Shown here piece by piece: positions 52,135-64,000 of a DNA stretch of 64,000 nt. The translations under genes and the position numbers were made by a program. The stretch is from Octopus vulgaris (Eukaryota). The stretch covers positions 47,058,001 to 47,122,000 of the forward strand of contig OX597814.1 of the NCBI GenBank assembly GCA_951406725.2, given 5' to 3'. The notes under the pieces are model-generated. The model was not told the DNA's origin, did no database searches, and saw only the letters and a program-made list of their open reading frames with translations. Each line of letters starts with the position of its first letter. Within the stretch, counting starts at the first letter, position 1.

Positions 52135-52503
52135 AATCACATGGTTTGGGTTTAGTCCCACGGCGCGTACCTGGGGCAATTATCTTTAGCTTCTTTAGCC
52201 CAGGGCGACCAATACTTTGGTGGGTGAATTTAGTCAATGGAACTTGTACAGAAGCCCGTTGTGTGTATGTGTGTGTGTGCGTGCGCAAGTGTGTGTGTGT
52301 GTGTGTTTGTTTTTAGTGTTTGTCTTTCACCACTTGACAATCGATGTTGTTTGTTTAGGTCACCGTAGCTTAAGAGGTCAGCAAAAAGAAACGTATAGAG
52401 TAAGAGACTTAAAATAAGTACTAGGAGTCGATTTAATCGACTAAACCGTTCAAAGCGGCGCCCCAGAATGGCCGCGATCTAATCACTGAAACAAGTAAAA
52501 GAA
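52135..52503 (+). mobile_element. SINE family B (diverged)
   Basis: Same organisation as other copies. Confidence 0.8.
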
Positions 52504-53483
52504 TAACGGAATATACTAACGGAATATACTCTTCATCAGTGAACGCATGGAAAATGCTGAAGATTACAAACTATAGAAGTAGATGAATTTCCTGGTCGAT
52601 AAGAAAGGAGAAGCGGTCAGCTTTTTGTTGACGTCTTTCTAGAGTAAATGAATATCTCTTTAATCACTTCCAGATTGTAAAGATGGGGAATCATCTCATT
52701 ATTCCTTTGTTATCAAACACTCCAGTTATATTTCATCAATTATAAATATACCGGAGTCTATTCAGCTTGCTTTTATACTTTGTGTGTATGTGTGTGTGTG
52801 TGTGTTTGTGTGCGTGCGTGCGTGCGTGCGCGCGTGCATGCTGTGTGTGTAAGTGTGCACGCGCGTGTATATGAAAATTAACATTTTTTTTACTAGTTGA
52901 AACCCCATTTATGTGACATATAGTCATAGACGTATGAACTTTGTTTGCATTTAGCAGACATTTAATATATTTAACAAAGTTACAAACACCAATTTTACTA
53001 TTTTCTATGAGGTCATTGCCTCGGTGTTACATTGCAATATCGAGAGACAAAAATTCGTTGTTGTATTTGGTGTCTTTCTCCCTTTAAAATCGGAGTTTAC
53101 ATTTCTGCCAAGTTTGCTTTGCTGTTTATCTTTCGAGAACTGACAAAATATAAATAGTATTGAGGTACTGAGGTTGATTTGACCATCTACACATTTTCCC
53201 ATGTGATAAATTTAGGAATCGCTAAGAGTATTTAAAGGTGAGCCCGTTGCCTGTAGGGTTGCTATGAAAATCATACTGTTGATGCTGAATGCAGAACTGT
53301 TTATTATACAGACAAATGCTTATATGGCTAGATGTGAGTGTGTGCTATAGAGACTAAAACTAAGGCCGTACATGATTTGGTAGCATGTACGATGCTTTCT
53401 CTAATTGTTTTAGGTGCTCATGTGTTCGCGAGCTTCTCGACTCTCCCACCTTTCACACAGTGAATTATACAGGTTGTAACAGC

Positions 53484-53523
<40 letters not shown>

Positions 53524-53687
53524 GGGGAGATGACTGTACCAATACTGGTACTTTTTTTTTTGATTTCGAAAGGATCAAAGGTGAAGCTGGAATCAATAAG
53601 ATTTGAACTCAGAGAGATTACCTAAAGCGAAACAAATATTGCACCTCCATGGTGTCCAGTGTTCAAAATGCTTTCCCATTGACTGAA

Positions 53688-54001
53688 CGAGGTGCGTTCA
53701 AAAATGATCTAACTTTATTTTTCCCGCCAAAACTAATGCCGCGTAGGCAAGATCCTTTGGGTGGAAGGTTACCCCCACTCTGTCTGCGCATGCGTAAAAA
53801 TGTTCACACCGGTAAGCCGCGTCAGTTGCCAGCTGTTACGTCTAGAGTATAGACGAATGTGCGCTCGTCGGATTTTCGGGGCGAAAATATTTACGCATGC
53901 GCAGGAAGGGTGGCGTCACCTCCCACCTAAAGGATTTTACCCACGTGGCATTAGTTTCGGCGGGAAAAAAATGAAGTCAGATACTTTTTGAACGCACCTC
54001 G
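53688..54001. mobile_element. Tc1/mariner-type MITE with long TIRs
   Basis: CGAGGTGCGTTCAAAAA...TTTTTGAACGCACCTCG; TA on the right flank, AA on the left. Confidence 0.85.
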
Positions 54002-57000
54002 TATATGTCATAAACCTAAGTTTGTACTCTCTTACAAATGTCGTGTTATGGCTTCGCGTAAACCGCTTATATATGTACTATGCCCAAATTGGGTCAGATG
54101 TATAAATATTTTCTTCATAAATTACAATGAAACAGCCAAATAAGGATTCGAAAGCTTAAAAAATTCTCGATCGTTATCATTCGAGATGAACAAACTGTGT
54201 ATATTATTATCAAATCCTTTATGTGCGTAGTTTTGTGTAAGTTGAGGGGTAGGGGAATAAGTTTGAATTATATTGAATTCAAATATCTTTGACTTTACTA
54301 TGTCTGTGATTGTCTTTGTGATTGCTTTATAATCTCTCATTTTTGTTACATTTTCTCAGTTGATTGATTCCATTCAGAATCAAACATATACTGAACGCTT
54401 GGGTGTAGATATTCAGTATAATATTTACAGATACATACACCCGATCACAGTTAGACATATACATGAACGCGCACACTCATACACGTTGTCTAATATTCAT
54501 CCCTCTATTTTCCAATCGCCTTCTCTGAACCCTGACTATATTCAGTAGAATTCCCCGAATACCCATCATTTAGAGAAAATCTTTCTTTTATATCTCTGTA
54601 TCGCTGTTTGCCATCTGTATTTGTCTGCTATGAACCTATAATAGTTCATGCTAGATATAAACGGAAGAAAAATATGTTAGCCAAACATATATATATATTG
54701 TTAGTCATAAGTATGTCTTGTTTGCAAGACATATTACTTATTACTAACTCAAAGTAAGTATTTATTTTTTAATTATATGCAATCATATCTCAGGATCCTC
54801 TTTTCCATTTTTGGAATGTATCTTTTTTTTTTTTTTTTTTGGTTAATTTTTGTTTTGTGTGTTTATTAAATTGTTCAGTTTGAGTACACAATTTCGACTC
54901 CTGTCTCCAAAAAAAGACGCCGAAGAAATTGGAGAGGAGTTAAACCAGAACGCTGAAGGAGGTAAGCAAATGGTGAGATCAAGTGTGCTACATTTTTACG
55001 GATAAATATTTTCAAAATATGGCTTCCCGTATTGAGCATAGTGCTTTCTTTCAACTGCAGAAGACTGGATTTTGAAAAATAAGAAAGAATGTATAATCTG
55101 TTGAACCTTCAAGTGACCCAAGCAATTTTTCATCTCATATTCATTTTGTCTTTATAAATGTCATCTTCGTCACCTTTGAGATATATCTAGTCAGATATAT
55201 TTTAATGCTGACTTAAGATTAGTAAATCAATGTAAGATATTGAGAATTTTAATTCTACTCCAGGTCAGAGTCAGTCACACCTGAGACGTAGCTACCTGAG
55301 ATATTATCTAGCCTTCTGTCTCTGAGCTCTTCCTATGTAGTATCATTCATAATATCAATAGTTATTTTACTTAAGTACCAAATCACTTTTCCTCTTTGAA
55401 TATGTTAATATTTGAAATAAATAATTCTATTCTTCATTTGTAATACCTTAGAGTCTTGCTATGTTATATCATATCTAGTTTTGTTTTTTCTCATCATCAC
55501 TTAAAGACTAGATCTTAATATAATTAGATTATTTTCAACAATCAGAGAAAACATGAATGAAAATCGATCATTATACAGTACTTAGAATTTTAATTTAAAA
55601 TAATTTTACAGTAATAGTGAAATTATTATTATTGTTTTTGTTTTATTGTGTGTGTTTTTTTTGTAACAAGCAACTGTAATTATCACACGAGTGGCAAATG
55701 CTGTTAAATAAACGGTACGCTCTTTGTGAGATTTGATTGAAGCAGTAGAAAGGGATTTTATCAGGAAATGATAGGGTCTTCCATCAACTGAAAATCGAAA
55801 CCGGGGCAATCTTTCTACTGTTGCAATCAAATCTCACTCATTTGTGAGTCACTTCACTTCTGAGCTAAAATCTGCTTGAATAAAATATTCTTAAACATTA
55901 TGTTACGCCTAAATTACGTTTCCATGTTAAATTAGAGATTTAAAGTTACTAAATTGATAATACATTATAAAACCTATAAATCAATTTTGACAAGTCAGTG
56001 TGTCGACAATGTTAATTCAAAAATGTTGATATCACTAAACAGATACCTGTTCTAGATAAACTATACCTGCACTTCAGTTTTATTTTGGAAACATATCTAA
56101 TATTTGTAATGTGTCTAGGAATTAATATAGACATTTAGTCATAAATCTCTGACTGATGATGTCATGGCAGCTAAAAATACGCCCTAAGTATATCATCTAC
56201 TTGAGCTTAACACAACACAGATTTCAGCGCATTTTCTAATTTATCCTAATTTATCTCAGTCACACATAATTAAATATTAAATAGATATTAAAATTGTATA
56301 TTAGATAACCGATATATATCTTTAAAAAGGTTAGGGATGAGGCTAGTACAGTCGTTGAATTTCTACAGCCAAGAAAGTGACCTCGAAATTGTAGTAAACA
56401 ACAAATTCTTCCAAACGGGTTTTCTTTTATGAAAAGCGTCTAACTATCGATTGATGACATCTCATTTATGCATTTATTCCCCACCCCACCTACCCCAACT
56501 TTTATTGTAGAAATGATCAAACCAACAACAGATTATACATTTGGAAAGTGATGTCCAGCACGAATTTTTTTGTCACACTAAGACAAAACATGATCAAACA
56601 AAATGAATAAACCCAAAGAAATTTTTAAAATCATTTGATTAAAAAAAATGTAATGGACTGCTTTAATTATTAGAAATCATGGGTAGGGGGTTAATCTTCA
56701 AACGAATCTGAATTTAATTTTGAATTTAGTATTTTCTGAAACAGTGTGAAACAGTGTTCACATGCACACGATGTACGCAAAAGGCCGCTATATTGAAATA
56801 GCGATATATTAAAATGAATGCCATTTACGTATATATTGATGTTTGTTTTTATGTTAAGTTATATATAAAACAATTTATCCTTAAACTAAAGGAGTACTCA
56901 ATACTTTTTAGTAGAGTATATATTTGTTAATCTTTACAAGGAAAAGATTTGCAATAACTTCGAAATTTCGACTTTTTCTCCTCACATTTCAAACACACAG

Positions 57001-57843
57001 TGCTCCATAGCACATTTCATCATATCTACGTGTCACTTTTAAACCATCGGAAAATTCCCAGGTTAAAATCATTAAAACACTGGGTTGATTTAAATAGTAA
57101 ATAGGAATTTAAAGCTTAACGTTTTATTTCACAAAATGAACTAATGCTTAGTGACTCATCAATACTGATGTTCCTGTCAATCTCAGATGTTATACCTTGC
57201 ATTAAACAATTTAGCCAAGTGTTAACGTAAAAGGGTAACTTCAAAACGTTACAATTATTTTATTTATATAGTGATTTCTCACTCATTAAACGGGCATATT
57301 ATTATGCAAAGAAAAGTACAGTATATTATATTTAAATGATTTAGATTTTCTGTGAAATATCAAACTTTGATACTTCGAATGCTGTTACTTTTGTTGATCT
57401 TCAAACACTTGGCTTTGCCAATGTTTTCAGCGAAATCAAAGTAAAAACTTGTATTGTTTCAATGCGGGAAGCACATCAAAATAGCACCTGCAAGGAATTT
57501 GATGTGAGGATACACGTTCTTGGCAGTGGTTATTTACCACATAATGAAAGGACGTTAAAAAATTTTTTTAATGAAAAATCTCAAATTGTCTTTAAATGTT
57601 TTGAATTATATTTGTTATTGAATTAATCATTTATTATATTAAATCCTTTAATATTTAGTTCTCATTTCTGAGAACGACTGTCATTCATGGTGTGTTGATG
57701 TTATGTGTGAATATACATGCATACGTACATACACGCATATACATACATACATACATACATACATACATACATACATACATACATACATGCATGCATACAT
57801 ACATACATACATACATACATACATACATACATACATACATACA

Positions 57844-57874
<31 letters not shown>

Positions 57875-59541
57875 GTGTATGTACGTGTGTGTTAAACTTC
57901 ATCAAAAGACTGTCATTTAATACACTATAAGTCTTGAGATTCCTCTGGAATATATTTACGATTGTCTTTTCAATCAAACCAGACAGTAGATTTATTTTCT
58001 GTCCTAAATTTGCTGCTGGGATTCCTAAAGTAGTTTATAATTAACCGCCTTCATACAGTAGGTCAATTCTTATAACTAGCATGGGACTGGCAAATAGAAA
58101 AAAAAAATGATTGTAAACTTAAGTCCATATCCGAAATTTCTGAAGGAAGTAATTTTTCCCTATAATCAGCGGCATCAAAATCAAATTTATCTGCACTTGT
58201 TATTTTTTAGCTCCAGGTTAGCTCTAATCCAGCAGATCAGTAATCAACGGAATTCCAGTCGTGTCCCCCTGACCGTTGTTTTCGTGCATAGAGTGCCCTG
58301 AACTATGTTACCCAATGTGTCCTTTTAAAACACTGTTGGATGTGAGTTGAGAAACATTTGGTTACTATTTCAAGCACTTATAGTGACCACATAGAAGAGC
58401 CATCATTGGCACGTAATTTGTAATGTTGAGTTGATCTATACATGCTGATAAAATTAATTACTATAGAATGTGGGACAAATCTAGGCAGAAGAATTATCTA
58501 ATACTGTAGCGAGAGACAAGCACCGAAAAGGAAATAATATAGTATTTATTTAAAATTTTGGTACAAGGCCAGTATGTTTGAGGAGTGGTTAAGTCGAATT
58601 CATCGATCCCAGTCCTTATTTTATCGACTCCGAAAGAATGTAAAGCTAAGTCGACATCAGAGAAATTTAAATTCAAAGCTTTATGGTTACAGCTTTGAAA
58701 ATCTGTGCAGCAAGAAGTCCAGTTAAATATTTTAAATTTGAACTCTTGTTCATGGCTCGTCGGTTTTCGGTGTATTTACTTTTTTTTTCTTGCATGGAAT
58801 CTTTTTTATGTGGAGTTGGCCAATCAAAACTTCTCTTTAAAACAGTGGTTCTCAACCGTTTTTTAATAACGGTAGAGATCTTGTAATCATGAACAAAACA
58901 AAACCTTGGGAAGTAATTAAAAGTGTGTTAAAAATGTTGAAGGAAGCTAAAGCTTTATGATTCAAAACTTGGATAGATTTCCAGTAACATATATTATTTT
59001 AAAAATTGTAATTATTTCTACATTGAATTACAGTTAATGAGCAAGACTATTTTTCACGTTGCTCCAGTTCACTCAGCTATAGAAATGCATCACGATGTCA
59101 CTAGTGTCAAGCTGTATCGGCCTTTGCCTTTCCCTAGGATAACATCGGCGGCGTGGAGAGGAGAGACCAGTACGCATGGGCAACTGCTGGTCTTCCATAA
59201 ACAACCTTGCGCGGACTTGTGCCTCGGAGGATAACTTTCTAGTTGCAATCCCATGATCATTAACAAGGACACCTAAGGTAGAGATCGCAAATCTAAATAG
59301 TTTGGAGTATCATTTCTTTTAGTTCTATGTTCAAATTCTACCGGAATGGACGCTACCTTTCATCCTTCCGTCCAGAAATCTATTGTGGATCGATGTGATC
59401 AACAGTTATCAACACTTCGTATACATTCAGGAAAGCTGTCATACAGCTGACAAATCTATCGTTTGGTCTGGCTTCCAGAACGGTTTATTATTGAAACAAT
59501 TAGAAATAAAACCTAGTATACTATTGCATTCTCACGCGCTA

Positions 59542-59604
<63 letters not shown>

Positions 59605-59692
59605 GACAGTGAAATTAAATGTTTTTCTTTTGTTTCTGTTGTCTTCAGATGATTTTCCATTAGTTTCATGAAAATTTTCTTTTAATTTTTAG

Positions 59693-59817
59693 GGACAGTA
59701 TTATATTTTCCATAACCAACAGTGGAACAAGTTTGTTAGCAGGTTTTATAACTTTCCCAGTCTTGGGTTATATGGCTAACAAAATGAATAAGACTATTGA
59801 TGATGTCGCTGAATCCG
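59693..59817 (+). CDS. SLC6: SLC6 exon 6 (TM7 and EL4), 125 nt
   Basis: tttag|GGACAG...ATCCG|gtatga; DSIIFSITNSGTSLLAGFITFPVLGYMANKMNKTIDDVAESG. Confidence 0.95.
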
Positions 59818-59892
59818 GTATGATAATCTTCTTATTAATCATTATTATTATTAATTAATATTAATTATTATTATTATTATTATTATTATTAT

Positions 59893-60232
59893 TGAGTGAG
59901 TGAGAGAGCAATTCATGCCATCAAGGTGACACTGGGGTAAAATATACGAAGCCCAATATACCCATCATGACTACCCGTCTGATAGGGGTACACCAAGCAC
60001 ATGCATCACAACCATATGTGCACGACATGGTGATCTTATATCAATATAAACAGCACATGACCTTGCAGGTGGGGCCCAGTTAGAAATTTCTTCAGGTGGA
60101 GTAGCCCATCCCGCTCAAAAGGTCCCTGAATAAGGGTTGTTTAAGGATGTTGAAAGAACCACCCATGTTTCCAGAGATGAATTATTCAAACCTCAAAGAA
60201 TCCCTCTCAACACATGGCTATGATGCTCCCCC

Positions 60233-60303
<71 letters not shown>

Positions 60304-60373
60304 CTTTGTAACACAGTGTAGGTAGAAATGCACCTGAGTCTTTAGTCAAGTCACAACAAGGACCTCAGACATA

Positions 60374-60410
<37 letters not shown>

Positions 60411-60998
60411 GAGTGAGAGAGCAGTGCATGCCATCAAAGTGACACTGGGGTAAAATATACGAAGCCCAGTATACCCATCATGACTACCCGTCTGATAAGG
60501 GTACACCAGACACATGCATCACAACCATATGTGCGCGACAGGGTGATCTCATATCAAGATAAACAGCACATGACCTTGCAGGTGGGGCCCAGTTAGAATT
60601 TTCTTCTGGTCGAGTAGCCCATCCTGCTCAAAAGGTCCCTGAATAAGGGTTGTTTAAGGATGTTGAACGAAACACCCATGTTTCCAAAGGTGAATTATCC
60701 AAAGCTCCAAGAATTCCTTTCAACACACAGCTATGATACTCCCCCGCTACTTCTGCTCATGATCAGAGATGCACATATCGTGAGCCACTAAGGGACATGC
60801 TCAACTGGTTATGGTCAAACAACTGACAAGCAAATCTGTGGTATTGAGCAGAATATTTGGTGTAGCCCATCTTCTATACCAAGACAAAACAATGTACATG
60901 ATAACACTTCCAATAAGTTAAGATCAGAATCCATGAGAGTCACAGGCCTGGTACTGCATCAGAGCATTGCCACTGCCTAGTACTGCATCAGGTCATTA

Positions 60999-61066
<68 letters not shown>

Positions 61067-61242
61067 CAATTTACGTTTGAATTTTGCTTTACATTTGTAC
61101 AAGTTGGCTCTAAGTCTCACCCAGAGACCACAAGAGACAACAGGTTGGAAGTTCATGCTGGTGTTACACCTAGTGTGCCATATATTTGGTTTTGTACATA
61201 GTGTTGTTGTTGTTGTTGTTGTTCTTCTTCTTCTTCTTCTAC

Positions 61243-61325
<83 letters not shown>

Positions 61326-61843
61326 GTTATTATTATCATTATTATTATTGATTGAGAGAGCAATGCATGCCATCAAAGTGACACTGGGGTAAAATATACG
61401 AAGCCCAGTATACCCATCATGACTACTCGTTTAATAAGGGTACACCAGGCACATGCATCACAACCATATGTGCGCGACATAATCTCATATCAAGATAAAC
61501 AGCACTTGACCTTGCAGGTGGGGTTCACTTAGAATTTTCTTCTGATCGAGTAGCCCATCGTGCTCAAAAGGCCCTGAATAAGATTTGTTTCAGGATGTTG
61601 AACGAAACACCCATGTTTCCAAAGGTCAATTATTCAAACCCCAAAGAATTTTTCTCAACACGTGGCTATGATGCTTCTCAACTACTTCCGCTAGTGATCA
61701 GAGATGCACATATCATCACCACTAAGGGGCATGCTCAACTGGTTAAGGTCAAGCAAATCTGTGGTACTGAGCAGAATATTTGCTGTAGCCTGTCTTTTAT
61801 ATCAAGACAAAATATGTACATGATAACACTTCCAGTCAGTTAG
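59893..61843 (-). mobile_element. Three co-oriented, variably truncated copies of one repeat in (AAT)n tracts (59893-60232, 60411-60994, 61354-61843); probable non-LTR 3' ends
   Basis: All share the end GAGAGAGCA...CATGCCATCAAAGTGACACTGGGG next to (ATT)n and differ in length at the other end. Confidence 0.8.
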
Positions 61844-61865
61844 GTTGTTGTTGTTGTTGTTGTTG

Positions 61866-62039
61866 AAATACTTAGCGGTATTTCGTCCGTTTTTACGTTC
61901 TGAGTTCTAATTCCGCCGAGGTCGGCTTTATTTTTCATCCTTTCGGGGTCGATGAAATAAGTATCAGTTATACACTGGGGTGGATGAAATTGACTATCCC
62001 CTCACCCAAATTGCAGGCCTTGTGCCTATAGTAGAAAGA

Positions 62040-62097
<58 letters not shown>

Positions 62098-62325
62098 GTG
62101 TTGTTGTTTAAGGCGGTGAGCTGGCTGGATGGTTAGCACCTCAGGCCAAATGCATAGCGGCATTTCATCCGTCTTTACGTTCTGGGTTCAAATTCCGCCG
62201 AAGTCGACTTTGCCTTTCATCTTTTCGGGGTCGATAAATTAAGTACCAGTTGAACACTGGGGTTGATGTAATCGACTCATCACCTCCCCAAAAATGGCTG
62301 CCCTTGAGGCAAAATTTGAACCACT
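61866..62325 (+). mobile_element. Two SINE A copies separated by (ATT)n
   Basis: TTCCGCCGA(G/A)GTCG...TTTCATC(C/T)TTTCGGGGTCGAT cores. Confidence 0.85.
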
Positions 62326-63905
62326 ATTTGAACCAAAAATTAAACCATTATTATTATTATTCAACACTTGGTAGTTTCAGGAAGATTTCTACTACATACT
62401 GCATCACCTGCTACTCTTTCGTGTTACTGGAAAATTCGTAGTACATTTTAAATATACGCAGGTGTATATAGAGTTAGCCGACTGGAGAGGGAATGGTGCA
62501 AAAGCCTTGCAAATCTATTCATGCAGTTTTAACTCTCTGATAGATACCGATTGAAACCGTGCAGATATGAAGCTACTGCATCGAGCCATCTAAACTGCGT
62601 CTGGATAGGGCATTTATAGAGAGGGCAAATGGGGTACAGAATGGTCACAGTGTCAACCTGACGACTACACTGACTACAAATTAGTGATCTGCACAGACGC
62701 TCGAAGACTACAGTAACCGTACTATCGAATTAGTCTAGCGCTAGTTGAGGAGGCAATAATCAACGACTGGTAATGGTGAGCTCTGAAGAGGCAATTCGAA
62801 TAGATTTTACAGGATTTAGCAAGGAAGTAACAATTGAGAGAAATTGATTTGAGGATAACTAATGCACAAATTAAGAGGCGATTAGGAAATGCATCTTGAT
62901 TGATGCGCTAGCGACGCGAATAAACCTCAGTTATTTCTTCAATGCAAAACATGAAGTTTGTGCTGTCAGAGTAAATCGTGTGTTCTAAGTCACAAAGGGT
63001 CAACATAGCAGAGGTGCAGCGTGGCAACAAACCTACAATTGGGGTTGTAAGAGACCGGAAAGATAGTGAACCTAGGTAACTATCTCTGCGCCCTATCACA
63101 ATTCTCGGCAGAAGGCATGAAGTAAAGCGCAAAGCCAGTAATAGTAGCAGAGATACTGTTGCTCGTAAGTGATTGTGCAACGGGGGAAATCAGCTGTTAG
63201 GACAATTTACCCTACTAGTTTTATACTTTCATACAAGACTTGTCTGCCAGCATCTTAGCAGGCGTCAGTTGCAACTGGTATCAGTTGCATTGAATTCTCG
63301 GTTCAGTGAGAGGAGGATTGGTAGCGCCCTTAAAGAAGGGAATGGACTCTAGTACATAATTCTGCTGAAAGCCTGAGCTACACTGAGAGTAACAAAAGCG
63401 TTCTCTTTTCCCAGCAGAAAGAAAATAAAGCAATACTTTTCGTCACAACACACTAAAATAGCTTCCCAACAACAGATCTCTCTCCGAAATTTTTGATTAT
63501 TTTTTAATGCATTTGAAAAGTGGAATCTTCCCCGAAATATTATGGGGCCATTAATCAAGAAATATAAAGTAATACAATATCTTTTCTCTTTGTTTTCATT
63601 TATTGAAACCATTTATATACTTTATTTAATCCTACTTGATTCAATCAACAGAGACAGATTGTTCTCATTTCGACCCAGATGAGGACTAGTCCGAATAAAT
63701 CAGAATACAATAAAACATTCGAAATACGTGAGAGTGAAAATGTAAAAGAAATTATTTTTGCATATAGATTGAAATTGAATGAAACCTTTTAATGAATAGT
63801 ATTCCAGTAATATTTCCAGGACTGATTTTGAAAAAGATGGAAATTTAACAAACTGAATACATATTGGATTCTGTAGCGGATGTCTAAATACACACACACA
63901 CACAC

Positions 63906-63937
<32 letters not shown>

Positions 63938-64000
63938 TTATTACCTGTACCTCCGTTCATTTATTTGTTTATATGTGTGTGGAGGCGGGTGGTTTAGTGG

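Overview
AT-rich, microsatellite- and SINE-dense eukaryotic DNA. The repeat landscape suggests an octopus or other coleoid cephalopod; this is inference and was not verified. The only host gene I can support is six internal + strand exons (27456-59817) of an SLC6 Na+/Cl- dependent transporter of the GABA/taurine/betaine/creatine branch. Its first (TM1) exon and its 3' exons were not found in the window. The rest is repeat-derived: an internally deleted Ty3/Gypsy LTR element with a tRNA-Ser PBS and a SINE in its 3' LTR, several tRNA-derived SINE families, Tx1-like and other LINE remnants, a Penelope-like ORF remnant, mariner remnants, MITEs, a Helitron, a Helentron-type element, and (AAT)n-embedded non-LTR 3' ends. 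The most striking signal is a tRNA-headed SINE carrying a minimal type-I hammerhead ribozyme (19171-19424 and 21023-21250), one copy preceded by a Penelope-style inverted partial copy. Several other unrelated minimal hammerhead motifs and fold-back palindromes sit next to (TA)n tracts. All coordinates were read by eye and may be off by a few bases.
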